Assembly (NCBI GenBank): GCA_963718235.1
Contig: CAVQYR010000001.1
Coordinates: 1,376,001 to 1,440,000 of the forward strand
Reading direction: 5' to 3'
DNA length: 64,000 nt
Source: an uncultured Actinomycetota bacterium
Lineage (GTDB): Bacteria; Actinomycetota; Actinomycetes; JAHEKZ01
Positions 56,522-64,000 of the stretch are shown here, in pieces. How positions within the stretch are numbered: the stretch's first letter is position 1; every line of letters starts with the position of its first letter. Both the position numbers and the translations under genes were made by a program. The notes beneath the pieces were generated by a model. That model did not search any database and was not told the origin of the DNA. It saw nothing but the letters and a program-made list of their open reading frames with translations.

Positions 56522-57829
56522 ATGACCGTCGTGACCATCATCGGCGCCGGGAGCACCGTGTTCGCAGCCGAGCTGATCACCGACTTCCTGCTGACCCCAC
56601 CGTTGGAGTCCGGGGAGTTCCGGCTGGTCGACATCGACGCCGACCGGTTGGCCCTGGCCCATGAGTTCGCCGAGCACCTGATCGAGCGGTCTGGCCGCTC
56701 GTGGACGGTGCAGTCGTCGACCGACCGCACGGCGCTGCTGCCGGGCTCGGACGTCGTGATCAGCACGATCGAGGTCGCCGGGCTCGCCACCGTCGGGTTC
56801 GACTACGACATCCCGATGAAGTACGGGGTCGACCAGTGCATCGGCGACACCATCGGCCCGGGGGGCCTGTTCAAGGCTCTGCGGACGATCCCGACGATCC
56901 TGGAGATCCTGGCCGACGTCGAGCGGCTGTGCCCGTCGGCGCTCATGCTCAACCACACCAACCCGATGTCGATGACGGTGCTGGCGGCGGCCCGGTCCTC
57001 GCGGCATCCGTTGTGGGGGATGTGCCACTCCGTCCACTACACCGTCGAGCAGCTGGCTGAGTACCTGGAGCTGGACAAGGCGCAGATCGAGTTCCGCGCT
57101 GCGGGCGTCAACCACCTGGCCTGGCTCACCGAGCTGACCCGCGGCGGTGAGGACCTCTACCCGCTCCTGCGCGAGCGCGGCCACGTGCCGGCGGTGTTCG
57201 AGCAGGATCCGGTGCGGTTCGAGCTGATGTACCAGCTCGGTGCCTTTCCCACCGAGAGCAGCGGGCACGTGTCGGAGTACCTGCCGTACTTCCGGACGCA
57301 CCCCGACGTCGTCAAGCGCTGGCAGGGCAAGGAGTACATCGGCGAGTCCGGCTTCTACGCCCACCAGTGGCCGACCTGGCGGCGCGAGAACGACGAGCAC
57401 CTGCGTCGGGTGCTGGCCGGCGAGGCGGAGTACCCCATGGAACGGGGAGGCGAGTACCCGTCGCACATCGTCGAAGCGATGGTCACCGGCAAGCCGACGA
57501 CGGTCTACGTCACGACCGTGAACCATGGCTTCGTCGACAACCTCGACCAGGACAACGCGATCGAGGTGGCTGCCCTGGTGGACGAGAACGGGATCCACCC
57601 GCAGTCGTTCGGCGCGCTGCCGGCGCACCTTGCCGCCCTCGTGAGACGGCACCAGGAGTTCAACGACCTGGCAGTCACCGCGATCGTCGACCAGGACCGT
57701 GAGGCCGCGGTGCACGCGTTGATGCTCGACCCACTGACCGCGGCCGCCTGCGAGCTGCAGCAGATCCGTGACATGTTCGACGAGATGGTGGCCGCCCAGC
57801 GCGAGTACCTCCCCTCGTTCCTCCACTGA
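56522..57829 (+). CDS. GH4 NAD+/Mn-dependent glycosidase, alpha-galactosidase (MelA-like) clade
   Basis: IIGAGSTVF, GDTIGPGG, NHTNPM, GMCHS, GVNH and TESSGH motifs. Confidence 0.9.
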   Translation: MTVVTIIGAGSTVFAAELITDFLLTPPLESGEFRLVDIDADRLALAHEFAEHLIERSGRSWTVQSSTDRTALLPGSDVVISTIEVAGLATVGFDYDIPMKYGVDQCIGDTIGPGGLFKALRTIPTILEILADVERLCPSALMLNHTNPMSMTVLAAARSSRHPLWGMCHSVHYTVEQLAEYLELDKAQIEFRAAGVNHLAWLTELTRGGEDLYPLLRERGHVPAVFEQDPVRFELMYQLGAFPTESSGHVSEYLPYFRTHPDVVKRWQGKEYIGESGFYAHQWPTWRRENDEHLRRVLAGEAEYPMERGGEYPSHIVEAMVTGKPTTVYVTTVNHGFVDNLDQDNAIEVAALVDENGIHPQSFGALPAHLAALVRRHQEFNDLAVTAIVDQDREAAVHALMLDPLTAAACELQQIRDMFDEMVAAQREYLPSFLH

Positions 57830-57841
57830 GGAAGGAACTCC

Positions 57842-58804
57842 TTGAGCGAGCTCGACCTCTTCGTCCTCGGCGACGTCAACCCCGACGTCATCGTGTCCGG
57901 CACGCAGCTGTCGCCTCGCTTCGACCAGGTCGAGCAGCTCGTCGACCGTGCGGCACTGGTCGTGGGCGGATCGGCGTCCATCACCGCGGTCGCGGCGGCC
58001 CGGCTGGGGCTCTCGGTGGGGCTGTGCGGCGTGGTCGGGGACGACGACCTCGGTCGGTTCATGATCGACCGGCTCACGGCCGCCGACGTCGACCTGGGAC
58101 ACGTGCGCATCGACGCGTCGACACCAACCGGTCTCTCGGTCATGCTCGACCGCGGACCCGACCGCGCGATCCTCACGGCACCCGGCACCATCGCCGCCCT
58201 GTCGCCGGCCGACCTGGAAGGGCTGGCCGACCGTCCGGCTCGTCATGTCCACGTCGCCTCGTACTACCTGATGTCCGACGCGTACCGCCAGGCGTTGCCC
58301 GCCGCGCTGCGGCGGTTCCGCGGGGCCAGCGTGACGACGTCGTTGGACACCAACTGGGACCCAGGCGGCACGTGGGACCTCGAGGCGGTGCTGGCCGAGA
58401 CCGATGTGTTCCTGCCCAACCGGGCCGAGCTGCTGGCCGTCACCGCGTGTGCCTCGGTCCCCGCGGCCCTGGACGCCATGGCCGCACACGGCTGCGACGT
58501 CGTCGTCAAGCTGGGCGAGGTCGGCGCCACGGCTCGTACGCCGCGGGGGACCGTTCACGTGGCAGCGACGAGACCACCCAGCCTCGCCGACGCGGTGGGA
58601 GCGGGGGACACCTTCGACGCCGGCTTCGTCGCCGGTCGGCTCTGCGGCCTCGACGACGAGCAGGCGCTGCGCCTTGCCGTGGCCGCCGGAACGCTCTCCA
58701 CGCGCGGGGTCGGTGGCACCGCGACGCAGCCGGACCGATCCGAGGCGCAGGCCTGGGCCGACCGGCTCACGGCGACCAGCGGCGCAGCGGAGGATGACCG
58801 GTGA
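57842..58804 (+). CDS. PfkB family carbohydrate kinase
   Basis: GGSASITA, VGDDDLG, PNRAE, VVKLG and DAVGAGDTF motifs. Confidence 0.9.
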   Translation: MSELDLFVLGDVNPDVIVSGTQLSPRFDQVEQLVDRAALVVGGSASITAVAAARLGLSVGLCGVVGDDDLGRFMIDRLTAADVDLGHVRIDASTPTGLSVMLDRGPDRAILTAPGTIAALSPADLEGLADRPARHVHVASYYLMSDAYRQALPAALRRFRGASVTTSLDTNWDPGGTWDLEAVLAETDVFLPNRAELLAVTACASVPAALDAMAAHGCDVVVKLGEVGATARTPRGTVHVAATRPPSLADAVGAGDTFDAGFVAGRLCGLDDEQALRLAVAAGTLSTRGVGGTATQPDRSEAQAWADRLTATSGAAEDDR

Positions 58805-60085
58805 GTGAGCACGTGCTCGACCAGCTGGTGCGGGCGCAGCATGCGGGTCGACGCGGTCGGGATCACGTCGGTGTGCTCGGCGCACCCCGTCGTGCTCGAC
58901 GAGGCGGTGCGTCATGGTGCGCAGGGGGAGCACGTCGTCCTGATCGAGGCGACCTGCAACCAGGTGAACCAGGACGGCGGGTACACCGGCATGCAGCCGA
59001 TCGACTTCCGCCGTGCGGTCGAACGGCTCGCTGAGGAGCACGAGCTGCCCGCGGAGCGGCTGGTGCTCGGCGGCGACCACCTCGGTCCGAACCCCTGGAA
59101 GCACCTGTCCGCCGAGACGGCGATGGCCAAGTCGGCCGAGCTGGTCCGGGCCTTCGTCATGGCCGGCTACACCAAGATCCACCTCGACACCTCGATCCGG
59201 TGCGCCGATGACCCGCCAGGGGCGATGCACCCGGCGTTGGTGGCCGAACGTGCGGCCCGGCTCGCCGTCGTCGCCGAGGAGGCCGCGGCCGAGGCCGGTC
59301 TCGAGCCCCGCTACGTGATCGGCACCGAGGTCCCGGTGCCCGGCGGGGGAGTCGGTCGGCGCGCACGGCATCCACGTGACGACCACGGTCGACGTCGAGG
59401 AGACGATCGACCTCACCCAGGCCGCGTTCGTGTCTGCCGGGTGTCGGCGACGCGTGGGAGCGGGTTCGGGCCGTCGTCGCGCAGCCGGGCGTGGAGTTCT
59501 CCGACGCGGAGCTGTTCGGCTACGTGCCCGGGCAGGCGGCGCACCTGTCCCGGTTCATCAGCGCCGAGCCGTCGCTGGTCTTCGAGGCGCACAGCACCGA
59601 CTACCAGACCCCGCAGGCGCTGCGCGGGCTCGTGCGGGACCGGTTCGCGATCCTCAAGGTCGGGCCCGGGCTGACCTTCGCCTACCGCGAGGGGGTGTTC
59701 GCCCTGTCGTTCATCGAGGACGAGCTGCTGGGCGAGGCGGCGTCCGGCTGTGCGAAGGGTGCTCGACCAGGCGATGGTCGACAACCCGACGTACTGGCAG
59801 CCGTTCTACCCGAGCGACCCGGCTCTGGCCGCCCGGGCCCGCAGGTACTCCCGGAGTGACCGTTCCCGGTACTACTGGCCGGTGCCGTCGGTGCAGCAGG
59901 CGGTCGACCTGATGGTCGCGAACCTGCGACGCACAGGGATCCCGGGCGAGCTGCTCAGCCAGTTCCTCCCGGTGCAGAGTCGCCGGGTCGCCGCAGGGGC
60001 GCTGGACGACGACCCCAGCGCCCTGCTCGGTGACACAGTGCGCGTGGTGCTCGACGACTACGCGGCGGCCACTGCCGAGCGCTAG
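58801..60085 (+). pseudogene. GatZ/KbaZ family (tagatose-6-phosphate 4-epimerase) gene with about four frameshifts
   Basis: SVCSAHP, IEATCNQVNQDGGYTG, LGGDHLGPN, GTEVPVPGG; QPGVEF, FEAHSTDYQ, LKVGPGLTFA; YSRSDRSRYYW spread over three frames. Confidence 0.85.
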
Positions 60086-60141
60086 CTTCGGCCCAGCCGG
60101 TCGGTTGGCCCAGTCGGTTGGCCGGTTCGGTCGACGCTCGG

Positions 60142-61716
60142 TCAGGCGGCGAACAGCCGGGCGAGGGCGGACTCGACCCTGCTGTGCGTCGACCCGGGGA
60201 GATCGGCTCCGGGCTCCGAGGTCGGACGGTGACGGCGCAGCGCCTTCGCGGCGTCGACCAGAGCCTGGTCGACGCCGGGGTCGACCAAGGGCGGCGGTTC
60301 GACGGTGTGCTGGTGCCCGGTGGGAAGCGTCCAGAACAGAGCGCCGTCCGGGAGGGGTTGCAGCGCAGGAGGTGGTGGCTGGCTGCGGCTGCGCGCGAGC
60401 TTCTGCTGCAGCCCGTCGCCGTCGTACAGGTCGTCACGGTGCTTGAGCAGGTGGTGGCGTCGGCACTCCGGGGCCAGGTTGGTGAGGCTGGTCGGCCCTT
60501 CGGGGTGGCGAACGACGTGGTCGAGGTCGCAGCGCTCGGCACGTGCGCCACACCCGGGGAAGACGCAGCGTTGGTGACGCAGCTGGACGGTTCGGACGAG
60601 GGGAGTGCCTGGGCGGTAGGTGGTGGTTCCGACGTCGGTGACCCGGCCCCCCTCGTCGGTGAGGATGCGTCGCCACGTGGCGTCCTGCGCCAGCAGGCGC
60701 GCCAGCGAGGCCGGGATCGGTCCGTGTCCCTGCAGGTCGCCGGGGGCATCGCTCAGGCCGAGTAGCACGCTGGCGGGCACGGAGACGTTGACCCGCACCG
60801 GGGACCGGCCGGGGGTGCCGAGGTCAGCTGGGGTCTCGCCGTCGAGCGTCCCGGTGCGCAACGCCTGGACGAACGGCAGGGCCAGCGCCTCGGCGCGCCA
60901 CTGGTCCAGGGTGCGTGGGTCGGCCGGGCCGGCTGCTGACTTCAGACGCTTGGCGACCGCGTGCACGACCGTCTCGATGGCCACCGAGTGCTCGGCCGGC
61001 AGCTGCGCCCACAGCTCGGCGACGCCGTCGCCCTGCGGAGTGACGATGACACGTGACTCCGAGCGTCGCGCCTTGCTGCGCTGTTCGGCCGCGTCGGGGT
61101 CGATGGCCATCACGAGTCTCTGGGCGAGCGCACGCAGGCGCGGAGGCGTGAGCTCCGCTGCTCGTGCCAACAGCCGGTCCTGCAGCTCGTCGAGGTGTTC
61201 GCGTTCCACCGAGCTGCACTCGTCGACGATGACCCGGGCCTTGCTGACGTCAATGCGTCCGTGGGCGAGCGCGTCGGCGGTCTGCGCGAACTGGTCGGCC
61301 AGGCCGACGGCGAGCCTCAGCCGGATCGAGGCGGCGACCCTGGAGACGGCCAGCTGGGCACCGATCTCGTCGTCGGGGCGGTTGCGCAGGACCGTGCCCA
61401 ACGGTGCACGGGCGACTCGGGCGAGCTCGGGGTCGGCACCGAGCACGTCGGGTCGCCGGGCGAACTCGGCCACTGCGGCCAGCTGTTGGGCGCTGACCCA
61501 CGACGACACCCGCTCCCACGCGGAGACCAGCTCGAGCACGTCGTAGTCGGAGTCGAGTGCCTGTGCCTCGATGCTGAGCAGATGAGCCAGCAGAGCCGCC
61601 GCCGCAACCGTGCCGTCCTCGTGGTGAGGCAGCCGGTCGATCCCCGGGACGTCGAGGCCATCGACGTCGATTCCGAGCACCCGCGTCGTGCGGGGCGGGG
61701 CGTTCGAGGAGGACAT
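60142..61716 (-). CDS. DUF222 (13E12 repeat-like) HNH endonuclease domain protein
   Basis: LAHGRIDVSKARVI, LQGHGPIPA, WRRILTD, CVFPGC...CDLDH...NLAPECRRHHLLKH, WTLPTGH motifs. Confidence 0.88.
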   Translation of the reverse strand: MSSSNAPPRTTRVLGIDVDGLDVPGIDRLPHHEDGTVAAAALLAHLLSIEAQALDSDYDVLELVSAWERVSSWVSAQQLAAVAEFARRPDVLGADPELARVARAPLGTVLRNRPDDEIGAQLAVSRVAASIRLRLAVGLADQFAQTADALAHGRIDVSKARVIVDECSSVEREHLDELQDRLLARAAELTPPRLRALAQRLVMAIDPDAAEQRSKARRSESRVIVTPQGDGVAELWAQLPAEHSVAIETVVHAVAKRLKSAAGPADPRTLDQWRAEALALPFVQALRTGTLDGETPADLGTPGRSPVRVNVSVPASVLLGLSDAPGDLQGHGPIPASLARLLAQDATWRRILTDEGGRVTDVGTTTYRPGTPLVRTVQLRHQRCVFPGCGARAERCDLDHVVRHPEGPTSLTNLAPECRRHHLLKHRDDLYDGDGLQQKLARSRSQPPPPALQPLPDGALFWTLPTGHQHTVEPPPLVDPGVDQALVDAAKALRRHRPTSEPGADLPGSTHSRVESALARLFAA

Positions 61717-61722
61717 GTGCCG

Positions 61723-61744
61723 AACGTAGAGGCCGGGTCTGACA
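61723..61744 (-). promoter_or_regulatory. RecA-NDp / PafBC-type DNA-damage promoter
   Basis: TGTCAG-N10-TACGTT, 6 nt before the ATG at 61716. Confidence 0.65.
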
Positions 61745-61797
61745 GTCTCTGCTGCCCGCCCAAGGTCTCCGCCCCGGTTGCGGCGTAGCGTGGTCGC

Positions 61798-62289
61798 ATG
61801 GTCGATGCGTGGGCGGACGACGTCACATCCGAGGAGGTTCTGCCGCGAATCCCTGCGTCGGCCGGCGCGTTGGTGTGGGACCGCAAAGGTCGGCTGCTCA
61901 TCCTGAACCCCACCTACAAGGGTGGCTGGACGCTGCCCGGCGGCGTGATCGAGGCCGACGGGGAGACACCCTGGGAGGCGTGCCGCCGGGAGACCCTGGA
62001 GGAGTGCGGGCTGCACGTGCGACGCGGGCGGCTCGTGTGCGTCGACTTCCTGCGCCCGCGGCCGAACCGGCCAGGGGGCATGCGCTTCCTGTTCGACTGT
62101 GGGACGTTCGACGACGAGGCGCTGGACTCGATCGTGTTGCAGGACGAGGAGATCTCGGAGTACCGGCTGGCGCGCACCGACAAGGCCCTGAAGAAGCTCA
62201 GCGGTCCTGTCCGGCGCCGGGTCGCCGCTGCCGTGGCCCACCCCAGGCGGACGCAGTACCTGGAGGACGGCGTTCCGCACAGGCGCTGA
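61798..62289 (+). CDS. NUDIX hydrolase
   Basis: WTLPGGVIEADGETPWEACRRETLEECG Nudix box. Confidence 0.9.
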   Translation: MVDAWADDVTSEEVLPRIPASAGALVWDRKGRLLILNPTYKGGWTLPGGVIEADGETPWEACRRETLEECGLHVRRGRLVCVDFLRPRPNRPGGMRFLFDCGTFDDEALDSIVLQDEEISEYRLARTDKALKKLSGPVRRRVAAAVAHPRRTQYLEDGVPHRR

Positions 62290-62338
62290 GCGCGTCGGGC
62301 CTCTGTGCCAACGCGCGCCTGCGCCCTAGCCTGGGCTC

Positions 62339-63586
62339 ATGTCTGCCGTCTCGTCTCGAGTCCCGGGTCTGGTGCTGACCGAACGCACGTTCGCCGTCCC
62401 ACTCGACCACGCCGAGCCGGCGGGTGAGCAGATCGAGGTGTTCGCCCGGGAGGTCGCCGCCGCCGAACGCGTGGACGACGACCTGCCCTGGCTGCTGTTC
62501 CTGCAGGGCGGCCCCGGGTTCGAGGCGCCGCGCCCGCTCCGGCAGCACACGCCTGGCTGGCTGGAGCGGGCCCTCAAGGAGTTCCGGGTGCTGATGCTCG
62601 ACCAGCGTGGGGTGGGTCGCTCCTCACCCGTCGGACCAGAGTCCGCCGCGCAGCTCTCGCCGCTGCAGCTTGCCGATCGGCTCACGCACTACCGTGCGGA
62701 CTCGATCGTGCGCGACGCCGAGCACCTTCGTCGCGAGCTCGGTGTCGAGAAGTGGGCGGTGCTCGGCCAGAGCTTCGGCGGCTTCTGTGTGGTGAGCTAC
62801 CTGTCCCTGCACCCCGAGTCGTTGTCCATGGCGCTGCTCACCGGTGGGCTGCCGCCTCTCGACCGCGCCATCGACGAGGTCTATGCCGCCACCTACCGCC
62901 GCACTGCCGAGAAGGTGGCCGGTCACTATGCCCGCTACCCGGAGGACCACCGCAGGGTCAGCACCATCGTCGAAGCCCTCGAGGCCGACGACGTCCGGCT
63001 GCCGTCGGGTGACCGCCTCACTCCGCACAGGTTCAGGCAGCTCGGCATCCTGCTCGGCCGGGGCGACGGCTCCGAGGAGCTCCACCACGTGCTCGAGCTG
63101 CCGTTCGGAAGTCCGGCCTTCCTGCACGACGTCGAGGCGTCGTTGCTCTTCTCGCGCAACCCGCTCTACGCCGTCGTCCATGAGTCGTGCTACGCGCCCG
63201 GTCTGCCCACCCGCTGGGCCGCACAGCGACTGCTACCAGACGAGTACGGCACCGACCCGTCGCTCCTGACCGGCGAGCACGTCTTTCCGTGGATGTTCCA
63301 GGAGTACGCCGGTCTGCGGCCCTTCGCCGACGCCGCCGAGATCCTGGCTCAGCACGAGTGGGGCGAGCTCTACGACGTCCAGCGACTTGCCGCGAACGAG
63401 GTGCCCTGCGCAGCCGCCGTCTACGCCGACGACATGTACGTCGAGCGCGAGCTCTCCGAGCAGACTGCGGCCCGGATCAGTGGTCTACGCATGTGGCTGA
63501 CCAGCGAGTACGAGCACGACGGGCTAACGGCGAGCGGCGGCAAGGTCCTCGACCGACTGCTGGACCTGGCCCGCGGCCGGGTGTGA
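62339..63586 (+). CDS. Proline iminopeptidase (alpha/beta hydrolase, S33)
   Basis: LQGGPG, LDQRGVGRS, YRADSIVRDAE, GQSFGG, DDMYV and EYEHDG motifs. Confidence 0.9.
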   Translation: MSAVSSRVPGLVLTERTFAVPLDHAEPAGEQIEVFAREVAAAERVDDDLPWLLFLQGGPGFEAPRPLRQHTPGWLERALKEFRVLMLDQRGVGRSSPVGPESAAQLSPLQLADRLTHYRADSIVRDAEHLRRELGVEKWAVLGQSFGGFCVVSYLSLHPESLSMALLTGGLPPLDRAIDEVYAATYRRTAEKVAGHYARYPEDHRRVSTIVEALEADDVRLPSGDRLTPHRFRQLGILLGRGDGSEELHHVLELPFGSPAFLHDVEASLLFSRNPLYAVVHESCYAPGLPTRWAAQRLLPDEYGTDPSLLTGEHVFPWMFQEYAGLRPFADAAEILAQHEWGELYDVQRLAANEVPCAAAVYADDMYVERELSEQTAARISGLRMWLTSEYEHDGLTASGGKVLDRLLDLARGRV

Positions 63587-63653
63587 CGCACGTTCGATCC
63601 TGGCCCGGCGCTGCACCGCAACCAGGGTCGGATCCTCCGGCAGACTCCCATCC

Positions 63654-64000
63654 ATGCCTGGAAAACTCATCGGCCGCGCGCTTCCGGCCCATCAGCGACG
63701 CACTCTCGACGAGCTCACCAACGACCTGGACCTGACGGCTGGTGACGCCAGCTCCAAGAAATCGGCCTTCTGGACGATGCTCCTCTTGTCCGCCGTCATC
63801 GCGGCGGCCGGTGTGCTGGCCGACTCGACCGCGACGGTCATCGGCGCCATGATCATCGCGCCGCTCTCGACGCCGATCATGGGCGTCGCCCTCGGAGTCG
63901 TCCTCCGGGACGGCCGGATGACCCGCAGGGCGGCCCGATTCACCTTCACCGGAGCGGCATCCGTCGTCGGCGTCGGTGTCGTCTTCTCGTTCCTCGTGCC
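63654..64000 (+). CDS. DUF389 family membrane protein (partial, runs off the window)
   Basis: Manual translation ...SAFWTMLLLSAVIAAAGVLADSTATVIGAMIIAPLSTPIMG. Confidence 0.8.
   Translation, partial: MPGKLIGRALPAHQRRTLDELTNDLDLTAGDASSKKSAFWTMLLLSAVIAAAGVLADSTATVIGAMIIAPLSTPIMGVALGVVLRDGRMTRRAARFTFTGAASVVGVGVVFSFLV

Noticed and set aside
56498-59416. 972-aa minus-strand ORF
   Set aside because: Antisense shadow of the GH4, PfkB and gatZ genes.
60086-60140. Short GTCGGTTGGCC duplication after gatZ as a mobile-element end
   Set aside because: Only two adjacent copies, with no counterpart at the other end of the HNH gene.

Overview
High-GC actinobacterial chromosome segment covering the conserved aceE - DUF3052 - ahpE - tRNA-Val - Nif3/zinc-ribbon/rnhA-cobC - rnpB - map - npdG - panB - nadE - glnA - glnE backbone. 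Accessory blocks are a 2.1-kb integrase-plus-lipoprotein mini-island in tRNA-Val(TAC) bounded by a 36-bp direct repeat, a domain-less histone-H1-like repeat protein, an otsB-GH15-otsA trehalose operon, tdh-kbl, an NAD-linked formate dehydrogenase (fdsGBAD), an AgaR/AgaS/GH4/PfkB/GatZ-type sugar cluster and a DUF222-HNH gene. Readable regulatory motifs include DosR-like, GlnR, BldD plus sigma28/WhiG, PafBC (RecA-NDp), TetR and AgaR-like sites, and many leaderless promoters. Five genes carry single-base frameshifts that may be sequencing or assembly errors. All product calls come from motif and family recognition by eye, not from database searches.
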